Below, one piece after another: positions 25,962 to 38,634 of a DNA stretch of 64,000 bases. Under the pieces are notes generated by a model. That model was given only the letters and a program-made list of their open reading frames with translations, made no database searches and was not told where the DNA came from. A program made the position numbers and the translations under genes. Origin of the DNA: Octopus sinensis (taxonomy: Eukaryota); contig NC_042997.1 of the NCBI RefSeq assembly GCF_006345805.1, positions 100,626,001 through 100,690,000 of the forward strand, written 5' to 3'. Within the stretch, counting starts at the first letter, position 1, and each line of letters starts with the position of its first letter.

Positions 25962-26024
25962 TTTTGTGGACCTTGTTTAAGGAACCGGTATGGTGAAGCT
26001 GCTATTGAAGCACTCAAAGATGCG
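25962..26024 (+). CDS. CDCA7: CDCA7-like exon
   Basis: TTATAG|FCGPCLRNRYGEAAIEALKDA|GTAAAT. Confidence 0.95.
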
Positions 26025-26129
26025 GTAAATATTTTTAATTTGTTAGACTGACTTGTTTATACTTGTAGTGTATTAGATTCAGTTATGTGTATCATTTTTT
26101 TTTTCTCTCTTTCTTGTATAAGAGACAGG

Positions 26130-26900
26130 TTGGATATTTGTACAGAAGCACTGTGTGTACCACCCACACTTAACAAGAAACCTTCCCACACACTCCACCA
26201 CAACAAACCAAACTACTTCTCTTCCTCACATTTCCACTTCATGTACTCTCCCCAATCCTGACTTCTTCGCCCTGTGCCACTGTATCATTGCTCTCCGCTT
26301 GTTCCTGACCTGTGCGATCTACCCACATGCCCTGTCTCACTCTATTATTGCTATCTGCTTGGTCCCAACCTGGTCATTCCACCCACGCATAACAAAGAAA
26401 ACTTTTCCCTCACCCTACCTCAACAAACCAATCTGCATCTCTTTCTCACATTTCCTCCTTCATACACTACGCCTAACTCTCACTCCGCAATCCTGTTCTC
26501 ACATCCCTGTCCCTCTGTATCATTGCTATCTGGTAGCCCCTCCAACTCTACCCAGGTCTTTTGCCACTTACTTGCATTCTTTAATCTCACTTCCTTTGCA
26601 ATTTCCTGCCACTTATGGCATTTGAACCTCAAGGGTATCCCCTGGCACTTGCCACCATCTCTGTATCTCTCTCTTCCTTTACTCAACCATTGCATGTGAG
26701 TATGCCCGGCATTTTGCCACTGTCTCTATCCTGCTGTCTCCCACTTTCTCGCTCTTTCTCCTGCACTTCCCTCAGGTTGGGCAACCGTGTATTTTCTTTG
26801 TGGTAGCAAACCTGTTTCTGTCTTCATTCCTGATCTTTCTCTCTCTGGCTGGGTAACCTTGTACTTCCTATACAGCAAAACACCTGCATCTGTCTCACTA
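26130..26900 (+). mobile_element. Possible old Penelope-like fragment (pyrimidine-rich)
   Basis: Weak similarity to PLE RT C-terminal motifs (SSSH, TKKTFPSP). Heavily decayed. Confidence 0.35.
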
Positions 26901-27281
26901 TAACCTTTTAATCATCACCTCCTCAAACCTGGATAGTTTTGTGTGCTTGTCTGTAATTTAGTACAGCTAAACCGGTGCATAATGGGAAAATACTCAGAAA
27001 GTAAGGTACCCCTGAAATAGGAATACAAACGGAATAAAACAAGTTTTGCATAAATTGGATCAAGGGTTCCCATGATAGGCGTTTGTTTTTTTTAGGTGCC
27101 TTTATAAATAGCCAAGCTGGCACATAATGGGATAATACTCTGAAAATAAGGTATCATTGAAATGTGAATACAAACAGAATTAAACAAGTTTGTAAATCGG
27201 ACCACGGGTTCCTGAGATATGCGATTTTTTTTTCGGGTACCTTTGAACTATTGGTGACCCAATGAGTCACGGGTAGTCTGG

Positions 27282-27324
<43 letters not shown>

Positions 27325-27672
27325 ATGTATGTGATCTCATTCTCGCTCACAACATCATAAGCGGAAAGTGTAACTGCTTGAAAGAGCTGTTCTTCACTCC
27401 TGCTCCAGAGCGTCGGCTGCGGGGTCACTCCGAAAAGCTCTATCTGCAACGATTTCATCTCAATCAAAGGAGAGGGGCTTTCTCCGTCCGGGTTGCAGAT
27501 CCGTGGAATAAGCTGCCAGACGAGATAGTGAAGATGCCGACGACCGCTCGGTTCAAAGTCTCTCTTGACCAGAAATGGCCTGAACTCTTTGCATGAACAC
27601 CCTCCCTGTACATAACTCCATGTCCCTCTACATGGCCTTGCTTTTTGCTTTTTGAGCCAAAAAATTAATTTA
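27325..27672 (+). mobile_element. CR1-group LINE 3' fragment
   Basis: GHSEKLYLQRFHLNQRRGAFSVRVADPWNKLPDEIV...FKVSLD*, then a short 3' UTR. TA microsatellites lie on both sides. Confidence 0.85.
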
Positions 27673-27740
27673 ACTATATATATATATGTGTATGTATGTA
27701 TATATATATATGTATGTGTGTATGTACATATGTATGTGTG

Positions 27741-27793
<53 letters not shown>

Positions 27794-28859
27794 GTCTCCC
27801 CATCAACACTTGACAACTGCTCTTGGTACTGATAAAATAAGTACTAGGCTTCAATAAATTTGGGGGTTGATTTGTTCGGCTAAAAATCCTTTAAGGCAAT
27901 GCCCCAGCATGGCTGCAGTCTAATAACTGAAACAAGTAAAAGATATATGTATATATAAAGATATATGTATATGTATATAAGTTACTAGTGAAAGAGAGCA
28001 AATTGAAAATTTGCTTATCAGGAAAATTTTTCCTGTGTTAAGAGTGAAAGGAATTTATACAAAAAATTTACTGAATAAGTGCTACAAGCATTAACATGTT
28101 GCTCTATTTTGAGAAATTTTTGTGAATGAGGTAAATAACTTTCTTCAGTTTACCGCTTTTCTGTTGCCTGGTTACAGTTTTATTTGTATTATAGATAACT
28201 TATTTAAAATTTTCTTGTTTATCAATATTGTATTAACAAGGTGGACCATTTTGGTGCTACTTGTTGTCACTTTATTTTTTTTATAGCTTCATTTTATGTT
28301 TTTTAAACCTAGCTTTTAACCTAGCTCATACTGCTTTCACAAATGAATGTCTCTTTCTGCCAACATTTTAGGAACAAAAAAAAAAAATCCCTAAAAGTAA
28401 AAGTTAACCTAAAAAATGCAGGTTTACATAATCCATTGTTAACCTGCCACTGAGTTTTATTTCAGGGCATAGATTTATTTATTCAGTATGTTATTTGCAT
28501 AGCCATTATATGACTTGGTAAAAACTCAAACTTTATGCCTCTCTTTGTTTGTTTTAATGGGGTATTAATGTTATCATTTCATTTCTACATGGCCATTAGA
28601 AATGTACGTATACAAGTTAGAAGTCTCCTCTCTGCACAGTTTTCCTTTCAGCTCATTTATACTCCATCATTCATGCATACTTACATTATACATCCAGTAG
28701 TGTATGATCACCTCATTTCTTTCTAGGTTATACATTCTCTGTATTCATTACTCATGTTTCACTATCATAATATTGCATTTAGTGCACAAGCCTCATACTA
28801 TTGACCCTTCATTTAGAGAGAGAGAGAAAACCTCTTAGTTAGTAGCAGTCTTGTGCAAC

Positions 28860-31100
28860 TTATAAAAGTCCTAGAATTATATAAGAAGAAACTATATAGT
28901 TTTTTTAAAAGATATGGATTAAGTATTACTATATATAATGAGAACTATAATGTTAATTATTTAGATGCTAATTTTAATTTAATAAAAAAAAGGTAAAACC
29001 CAACCATTCCATAAAATTAATGAAAGCCTTAGATATATTTATGCTAATAGTAATCATCCACCCTCAATTAAGAAGTCGTTGACAGATAATATAGGCAAAA
29101 GAGTATCATTGCTTTCCTCTAATTTTGAGATTTTCCAAAAACACGCACCTTATTATAATGAAGCCCTGCGGGAGGTGGGATATGGTAATAATAATAATAA
29201 ATCCTTTAATAATTCTAAATATAATTATAATATAAATGTTTCCTATATTTTTTATGATAATAAACCTAACATTAAGAATTATGATAAATTTTATTTAGGT
29301 AATTATGGTATTAATAATATGTATTATGATAATATAAAACAAATATAATAATAGACTAAAAAATAAGATTAAATTTAATTCATTTAATGATAATAATAAA
29401 TTTGATAATATAAAAAATAAATATAATATTAATAATAAGAACAAGTTTGATTAATTATTCCTTATGGAGCTCAAGTTAAAACAAACATTATTAAAGAGAT
29501 TTTGAATATAATTGAAGTATTCATTAGAGATAATAAAAAATATAATATTTTTTCTAGTAATGATTTTGGAGTTGGTTATTCTACTACTAATAATCTTGGT
29601 AACATTTCTTCTTTTAATAAATTTAAGTTGAATAAGTTTTACAAAAACAAATCAAATAATTATTCCAATAAAGACCAGAATATAATTAATTGTACATGTA
29701 GAAATAAAACTGAATGTTAATTTAATAATAAATGTAATTTTGATGATGTAGTATATAAATGTGTAGTGACTTTGATTGATGATAATAATAAGAATGGTTA
29801 TAATTTAAATGCGATTTACATAGGGTCGACTTCTAATAAAATTAAATTACGGGTGGCTCAACACATGAATTCTTTTAAGAATAGAAATTTAATTAATTCT
29901 ACTGGCCTTAGTAAATATATATGGGAACTAAAATCTAAAAATATTAAGTACAATTGAAATTGGGAGATAGTTTGTAAGGCAAAATCATATCGAATAGGTA
30001 GTAATTTTTGTTTATCATGTACTAACGAATTTAAGGAGATATTATTAACTAATAATAAAAAATTAGTTAATTCCTAGATGAACGAAAGATTAAACGTAGA
30101 CATGGCTGTGTGGTTAGGGAGCTTGCTTTCTAGCTACATGGTTTCGGGTTCAGTCTCACTACGTGGCACTTTGGGTAGGTGTCTTTCACTATAGCCCCGA
30201 GCTGACCGGAGCTTTGTGATTGAATTCGGTAGGTGGAAGTTACTGCCGTGTGTGCATATGTGCGTGTAGGTGCTTGTGCCTCTCCCAAAGAGAGAGAGAG
30301 GGATAAGTTAAATTACTTATATAATAAGTTTAGCTAATTTGTATATATATATATATATATAAATGCTGTTTTATGTTATTTATTGTTGTAGTTATAATTT
30401 GTAGTAGTAAAATGCATATAAAATAGCATGAGATTATAGTGTGTATTACACAATTAGAATAAGATGAAACTTAGATGTTTATGAAATAAATAAATTTATG
30501 AAAATAGATTAAATTATATAAATTACCTTAATTGATGTTTATTATCTATGTATTTTACGTATTTTAATTTTAAAATTATTTAGACTTTACAATTTTTCCA
30601 GTAAATGGTATATTAAAGTTAATTTTTTCTTATTCTCACAGCTAAAATACATTTGTAATTTTAATAGCTTAAATACATATTTCTATCTTTATTCTATAAA
30701 TTCTATTTACATCATATTTTCTCATGATATATTTCTTATAAACGCCAAGTTCTACGTATTACGTTTAAATTTTTAGTAAACAGAAATCCTTCGATAAGAT
30801 AAGTTGTGGTTTTATTTTAAGAAATATTGTTGAATGTTTTTCAATTATTTATAGTTAATACACGTATTTTTCTATTTTTATTTGATAATTAGTATAAGTT
30901 AAGATAAGTACATTTATTCTATTATTTTATTATTATTATTTTAGACCTGGTGAGTAACTATATTTTTTAAATAGAATTAATTTTAGATCGGTGTAATTCT
31001 AAATCGAATTGATTTTATTATTGTTATCTATTTGAAAATGTAGCCACGAAACGCGCGTAGTCTTTTTACTACTATTTACTATTTTTTTACTTTATTGATT
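28860..31100 (+). mobile_element. Extremely AT-rich Penelope-like element (interrupted by a SINE at ~30100-30260)
   Basis: YANSNHPPSI, NIGKRVSLLSSN..IFQKHAPYYNEALREVGY, CTCRNKTEC, GIY-YIG (IYIGSTSNKIKLRVAQH...TGLSKYIWELK). A decayed hammerhead lies at 31032-31059. Confidence 0.8.
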
Positions 31101-31542
31101 TTTAGAATAAGCTTTTTAAAGTATATGTTATCTATATAGTGTGAATAACATCTTTCACTATTGAATTATTAGACGTTTTTCTCTAAATTATATACATATA
31201 TTATATATTGTGAAATATGATTTAGAGTTGCTAAGTTGAATTTTTCTCTGTAAGTTTTGGAATTCCCTACTATTATTACACATGTAGATTTTGGAGTTGG
31301 TTATGACTAAGATTACTAAAACAATTAAACACTTGAGTAGAAGTTATACCAATATTTAATTCTATAGTTGACTACTTTGATCTGAAAGAAAGTTTGAAAC
31401 TGAGTGGGTAGAGAAAATTGGTAAAAAGAATTTGGGAACAAATATTTTAGAATAATTGTTTTTAATTACTAAAAAGTTCGTCATAATACTGCATTTGTTT
31501 TCCTTTTTCTCTGATATATTTATATTCAATCTGTTTAACTAG

Positions 31543-31679
31543 AACTGGGTGTGTCCACCTTGTCGAGGTATCTGTAACTGCAGTTTCTGCCGAAGGAAGA
31601 AGGGACGTGCATGTACTGGTAGAATGATACACCATGCTCGTGATATGGGGTTTTCCAATGTCAGTGATTATCTAAAAAG
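31543..31679 (+). CDS. CDCA7: CDCA7-like exon, zf-4CXXC_R1 end
   Basis: AACTAG|[45 protein letters not shown]+AG|GTAGGT, phase 2. Confidence 0.96.
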
Positions 31680-31726
31680 GTAGGTGATATATTTTTAAAA
31701 ACATTTACTTGTTAGTGCTACATTAA

Positions 31727-31939
31727 CCCTTTAGTGTTCATATTATTCTATCAAACATAATACTTATTGATTCACATTGATTTGAATTAATCATGCCATA
31801 TCTTCAAAGATCTTGATGGTGTAATTACTTAATGTAGAATAACATTGTAGGGTAGGTGTGAGAGCCTGGATCTGCTCAGTTTGAACATAAAACAAATGGA
31901 AAATTTTGGCTGGATATGGCTGGTTTAAATACTAAAGGG
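31727..31939 (-). mobile_element. piggyBac-type MITE, copy 4 (reverse orientation)
   Basis: TTAA|CCCTTTAG ... CTAAAGGG|TTAA, with the interior reverse-complementary to copies 1-3. Confidence 0.85.
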
Positions 31940-32637
31940 TTAAAAGCATTGGTGCTGGTACCACATAAAAAGCACCCAGTACACTCAGTGGTTGGCATTA
32001 GGAAGGGCATCCAGCTGTAGAAATTATGCCACAACAGGCAATGGAGTTTGGTGCGACCCTCATTCGTAGCAGCTCGAGTTAAACTCTCCATGGAAAAGAA
32101 TGTTAAATGAAGAGGATGATAATGACACATTACAGTTGTCAGCATGAATTAAATTGAAAATTGTTTTTGTTGAGGTTATTCTTAAGTAAAATTCATGTAC
32201 CTAACAAACCAATGAAGGAAACTCTAGTTGCAAAACTTGTTAGAAATAAGTCAGATTACCTTCAGATCACATCATATTTTCTTTTTATACAAGGACACAT
32301 TGGATATAAAGTGACAGTAGTCATAGCTGGAATACCCTTGGTCATAGCTTGTCTCATACAAATCCACAAGAAGATACCATCATGATAAATACATTCATCT
32401 TATACTAATACTATCAATTCAACAATTGAGGAAATAAAAAAAAAAACTTCATTGTAATTTAAAAAAAAGTCCTTTTAATCTAATAACTGTTCTGAGCAGA
32501 GCAGAAATGTATTTCCATCTGAATTGTGCATGGGATCAGTGATGATGTCAGCTTTAGATGTTTCCTGACTGTTAAATAGCTATCACTTTGTTTCAGAAAG
32601 TTGTTGCTTAACTCTAGTTAGTCAGATTGTTCTAAAG

Positions 32638-35473
32638 CAGTCATGGGCAACTTGCAGGCTGCATGCAGCCCAAGAAACTTTCTGATTGGCTCGCCTAAGT
32701 TAGAAGAGAAAATTATTTGTCATTGTCAGACAACCATATACTTTTCAGCGTGCCTCAGAATCGATGTACAACAATCCAAATATTCAAGAGCATTACAATT
32801 AACATTTCTACTTGGGATACTAACTCAATGAAATAAAAATATTGATTTGATGTTCAGTTTCTGATTCCACTGCTTATAATGACTTGTGATAATTCAGCGC
32901 CTGTAAGCACATGTGGTATTTGTGTAACGTCAAGCAGCATTAACAGAATTTTTAAAGTATTAGTGTGTAAAGTGCTGTATTATTTAAAATTAAAATTTTT
33001 GATGTCAAGGCTAATGGCTTCATCCCAAAAAAGAAAGATTTCTGAAGAAATGAGAAAATTCGAGGAAAAGTGGACAAATTATTATTTATTTGTTGAAGTA
33101 AAAAATAAACCAATATGTTTAATGTCTTGAATCTGTCTCTGCTTTTAAAGAATTTAATGTTAAGCAGCATTACACTTGAAAACATTCATGATCCAATAAA
33201 TTTAAAGCAAAAAATTGAATCCCTCAAGAAACAGATTGGAAGTTTAAATACACTCTTTTCCAAAAAGCAAAGTGGACTAAAAGAAATTGTACATGTTAGC
33301 TATGTTGTTAGTGTAAAAGTGGTAAAACATTCAAAAAATTATTTCGACTGAATTTGTAAAAGAATGTCTTTTGTCAGTGGCTGAAATTTTGTGTCTGGGA
33401 AAGTTAGCTATGTTTGACAAGATCAGTTTGTCCTGCAGGACAATAACAAGACGAGTTAAGGAAATTGCAGCAGATATCGACGGTATGCTGACATAAAAAA
33501 TAAGAGACTTTGACTTTTTTCACTGGCTATCGACAAAAGCTCAGACATATCCAATTCAACTCAACTGGCAATTTTCATTTAATATCACCAAAGAATTGCT
33601 TAGTGTTCTGACAATGAAACACACAGTTACAGGATGTAAAATTTATGAAGAAGTGAAGTAAGCAGTCTCAAAGTTGAATCTTCCGCTTGAATGACTTGTC
33701 AGTGTAGCAACAGATGGGGCCCCAGCAATGGTTGGGTCTAAGATAGGCTTTCTTGCCAAATTAAAAGAAAAATGAACTTCTTTGAATTTAGCAAACAGTA
33801 ACTTTGCAATGATCCATTGCCTAATCTACCTAAAAAATCTATGTGCAAAGTCTCTAAAATTTGAGAATGCTATGTGTATGGTTGTCTCAACCATCAATCT
33901 TTTAAAATCCTGAGCACTTAGCCATCACCAGTTTAAAGAGTTTTTAGAACTTGAATCAGAGTATGGTGACCTTGTTTACTACTGTGCAGTTTGTTGGCTA
34001 AGTAAATGGAAGATGCTTAAACGATTTTACAGCCTGAGACAAGAGGTATGTACCTTCTTAGAAAGGAAGTATAAATTTGTTCCCAAGTTGAAAAATGAAA
34101 ACTGGATTTGTGACCTTGCATTTCTCATGGATATAACTAAACATTTAAATGATTTAAATTTAAAATTGCAGAAGCAAATTCAGTTAATTTATGAGATGTA
34201 TTCTCATGTCAAAGCTTTTCAAACAAAACTTCAAATTTGGGAGAATCAGTTCAGGACTGGTGATGCTTTCCATTTTCTCACACTAGCCATTCATGGTTCA
34301 ATGTCTAGATATGATGATTTTGCTGTGGAGCTAAATGAGCTGAAAAAAGAACTGAACACCAGATTTAATGACTTTAGAGCTATAGAAGCTGATTTTCATC
34401 TTTTTGGAAATCCCTTTAACGCTGATGTTGAAAAACTTTGAAAGGAATTGCAAATGGATCTAATTTGAGCTTCAGAGTGATGAATTTCTTTGGCAAAAAT
34501 ATGAAGAGGAATCTTTGCATTTTTGTGGAACTCTGCCTGAAGAAAACCACCCGAAATTAGTGTGCTTTGCTAGAAGATATGTCACCATGTTTGGTAGTAC
34601 GTATATATGCGAACAACTCTTTTCTAGAATGAAAATAATAGTCAAAAACCAGGTCAAGATTGACTGATAGTCATTTGGAAGACAATTTACGAGTTGCAAC
34701 ATTGCAAATTCCTGTAAATATTGAAAAACTCATAGAAAATGTACAATACCAGATTTCTCATTAAAATTTGTGAGCAAATTATTCCTATTAGCATCAATAT
34801 CAAATGGATAAATATGATCTTGTCTGTATTTTGTTAAGTAGTGTTTTAGTCATTGTGTATGGGCTTAGTTGAACTATTTTTACTCATCTATGCTGCTTTT
34901 TACCCCTTTGATTTCGGGTTACTTCAGGTCAAATTAATTTTTTTTCTTTTCTTTAGTTTCCTTTAATCATAGATAACATGTAATGTTAAATGCACAAATA
35001 ATTTTCATTTTTTAAAAATTGTTTATTTACATTTTTTAAGCATTTTTCCTGGGTACCATAGCTTGAAATGGTTCAACTAAGTCACATACATAACAATGAT
35101 TAAGTATGATATTGAAAAATATTGGTGAATATTCACATGTTTTGCTTCAAAAACAAATGTTCATAATAATTCTTTTCTACAGGGAAAGATTTTTGGTGCT
35201 AATTTACATATCAGAATATTAAAATCTACGATTAAATGAAAGTGAAATCTTTCTGATTTTTTTTACCCCAACCTTTTAGTTGTAATTTATCTTTCTATTA
35301 TTTTTATGACTGAGGAAACTTGTATGAATTCTGAAGAAACGAATCAAAGCAACCTGAGTTACCACCTTTTTGTTTTTTAATGTGGGCACGGATGTAAATT
35401 AGCACTTGTGGCCCATCTGATGATGAGCCATGTCTCATGTGACCTGTTTCTCAAAAAAGGTTTCCCATACTTG
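32638..35473 (+). mobile_element. Full-length hAT (Charlie/SPIN, GTF2IRD2-like) transposon with a decayed transposase
   Basis: Perfect 8-bp TSD TTCTAAAG (32630-32637 and 35474-35481); imperfect TIR CAGTCATGGGCAAC / GTTTCCCATACTTG. Transposase fragments are MASSQKRKISEEMRKFEEKWTNYYLF..KPICL, ATDGAPAMVG, WLSKWKMLKRF and WICDLAFLMDIT. Confidence 0.92.
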
Positions 35474-35620
35474 TTCTAAAGCAATTCAAATTAAGTTCTG
35501 AAATGTGTACTTAGATGGTAAGTTCAGTGTACTTATCATTTACGCAGACTGTCTAATATGATTTAGATAAATTTTGATGAATTACTAGTGATTTAGTTAT
35601 TTTGTTTTTCTATTTTACAG

Positions 35621-35633
35621 TTTGAGAAAATAA
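35621..35633 (+). CDS. CDCA7: CDCA7-like terminal coding exon
   Basis: Polypyrimidine tract TTTTACAG|T TTG AGA AAA TAA gives ...YLK-S-LRK*, matching vertebrate YLKSLK. Confidence 0.82.
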
Positions 35634-36073
35634 TATTCATGTACGACTGATGGCCTTATGAACAACCAACACAATATGAGATGATTAGTTTACTGTGATA
35701 AAAGACTTGATGTGCTGCCTTGAAAAATTAACTGCATTTTCCTGAGGGCTAGTCAAAGACTTAACTGAATGTTTTTTTGCTTTCTTTGATGTTCATGTTA
35801 CATTTTGTTGAATTCATTTGAACCATTCATAAGTTGATATTTGAATACATGCAAATAGTGAGGATAAAAAAAAAAGAAAGGCCATTTGCTTCAACTTCTT
35901 TCATGTAGACATGTGTGGGTACTTTTATTGTTGATACCACTTTTGTTACTACCAGGAAGTGCCATCATAATATACTGTGCAACACAAAATAGTTACAGTG
36001 GTTCTTGATGATTTGCCTTAAAACAAAGGAGTCATTTGACAACATTCATTCAGAAATTTATCACCTGTCATGA

Positions 36074-36079
36074 AATAAA
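36074..36079 (+). terminator. Candidate CDCA7 polyadenylation signal (an alternative AATAAA lies near 36885)
   Basis: AATAAA ~440 nt after the stop codon. The hexamer is common in AT-rich DNA. Confidence 0.35.
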
Positions 36080-37219
36080 AAAGTGGACTTCTCAAGCCTG
36101 AATTTTAAACTTCTACCATTTTTATCTTTTAATCTAGAAAAAGAAAAAAAACAAAAAAACAAAACAACAAAAAAACAAAACAAAAAAACAAAACAACAAA
36201 AAAACAAAACAACAAAAAACAAAACAACAAAAAACAAAAAAACCAAAACAAAATAATTACAACACTGTGTAACACGATTTTTGTCCTTAGGTAGCAACTG
36301 TTATTTCCTATTTGCTTACCCTTTGGAAGTATGAAAAATGGCTAGTATCTCTTTCAAATTTAGCTTTTGTTACATTTGTTCAAACCCTAAAGAATCCCTC
36401 TCAATACATGACTATGATGCTCCCCCACTACTCCTGCTCATGATCAGAGACGTACATATCAGCCACTAAAGTACCTGCTCAAGTGGTTAAGTTCAAGCAA
36501 ATCTGGTATTGAGCAGAATATTTGCTATAACGATATCTCTGCTTCAGCAACTTGGTGCTGAATCTGTCTGAAATGTAATGGAAAATAGGTTAATTTGAAA
36601 ACATCGATGTTCAGGTCACAAGAGCAAAATTTGAAGGGAATAGTAGTCATTTCCTTTGATTTCTAGATAGAAGCAAATAGGAAACAACACTGACCAAAGA
36701 CGACAAAAAAAAAAAAAAAAAGAAAAAAATATTTGTTACCCAGTGTTATTTTGACAAACTGTTCTGTATATCTAATTCTGATATTAGAAACCACTCTATG
36801 GGAGTCTAGTTCAGGTAAAATTGTATACTTAGATACGTAGATTCACACTTGTAAATAGTTACTTTTGAAACCTGATATATATTTAATAAAACTTTTATTT
36901 AATATAACTTTTGTTTTGCTTTCTTTTTTTTTTTCTCGTATTTGATTTGTTCAAAGTGATTCTAAATTAACTGAATTCCAAAATATATGCTACAATATTG
37001 ATTGCCATTTATTGTGAAAATGGAAAAATGGAATATAATGTTCCATCAACAACACAACTAAAACCTTTAAATAGGTGCAGGCATCGCCGTCTGGTTTAAA
37101 GCTTGCTTCCTAACCATGTGCTTTCAGGTTGAGTCAAATCTTGGGCAAGTGTGTTCTACTCTAGACCCATCTGACCAAAGCTTCATGAGTAGATTTGATA
37201 GACAGAAACTGAAAGAAAA

Positions 37220-37625
37220 GGCGGCGAGCTGGCAGAAACGCGCTGGGCCAAATGGTTAGCAGTATTTCGTCTGCTGTTACGTTCTGAGTTCCAATTCCAC
37301 CGAGGTCGACTTTGCCTTTCATCCTTTCGGGGTCGATAAATTAAGTACCAGTTACGCACTGGGGTCAATGTAATCGACTTAAACCGTTTGTCCTTGTTTG
37401 TCCTCTCTGTGTTTAGGCCCTTGTGGGTAGTAAAGAAATAGGTATTTCGTCTGCCGTTAGCTTCTGAGTTCAAATTGCACCGAGGTCGACTTTGCCTTTC
37501 ATCCTTTCGGGGTCGATAAATTAAGTACCAGTTACGCACTGGGGTCGGTTTAATCGACTTAATCCGTTTGTTTGTCCTTGTTTGTCCCCTCTATTTTTAA
37601 CCCCTTGTAGGCAATAAAGAAATAA
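37220..37625 (+). mobile_element. SINE with one head and two tandem bodies
   Basis: GGCGGCGAGCTGGCAGAA head; bodies restart at GTATTTCGTCTG (~37262 and ~37442). Confidence 0.85.
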
Positions 37626-38634
37626 GAAACTGGAAGAGCTGTGTGAGTGTGTATGTGCGTGACTTTTTCCTTCCCTTGACATTGCATGAAAGTTGTAAAC
37701 GAATGTCACTTGTGAAAGGTGTGTCCTTTGTCCCCAATCTTCCGTGAAAACATTTTTGGTTATGAGGAAATGGTTATCTTAGAAATAGGTTGGCAACTGG
37801 ACGTAAAAATCTGCCTCAACAAAATACCATCCAACCTATGTGGTGAGTATAGAAAAATGGGCATAAAAATGATGCTTACGTGTGTGTGTGTGTGTGCATG
37901 TCGCCGGTCTTGAACTAACATGGCTTTAAATGACCATTACCATCATGAGTGAAGCTGCTCATTTCTTACATGCAAAGCATTGGGAATAGGTTAGGGTTAG
38001 GTACAGGAAAGGTATCCAGCCATAGAAAATCTACCTCAATGAATTCTATCTAGCCCATGCATGCATGATTCCTAGAGAAGAGGATGTGGTAAGTAACGGT
38101 AATGAATGTTAAAGGAATCATTAATGAATAAGATTTGGCCCTAGCAATTGTTTTCAAGTTAATCTACACTTGATTCTCAAGTTCCACGAGGTATTTCAAT
38201 ATCAAAGTATTGTGGTGTGACTAATGGGATTATGGAATAGGTGAGTATGTTAGTTGATACTGATTTTAAAAAGGTTATCAGTAATATCTATGTAGGATCT
38301 TGTGATGGCACTTAACCATTCTTGCATTCTGTGAAGGCGCATAGATTGAGAAACGATATTGTTATCTCAATATATATATATACATATATGAATACATGGA
38401 TGTTTTTGACGCTTGAGTGTCTGGTCATAAACTTGATACTCCATGCCAAGCTTGGCTTCTGCTTTACGTGCCAAATACCTATGTACTATTTTCTCAGTGA
38501 ACTGGTCCATGTATGTCATTCAGTTTTATTTCAAGATTTTTTGTCAGTATAGAAAGAGCTGGTTTCTAACTTAGATCCAAGTCTCCTTCATTGAAATTTC
38601 AATAACATCAAGCTATTTTTGTATCTGTGCAGTA

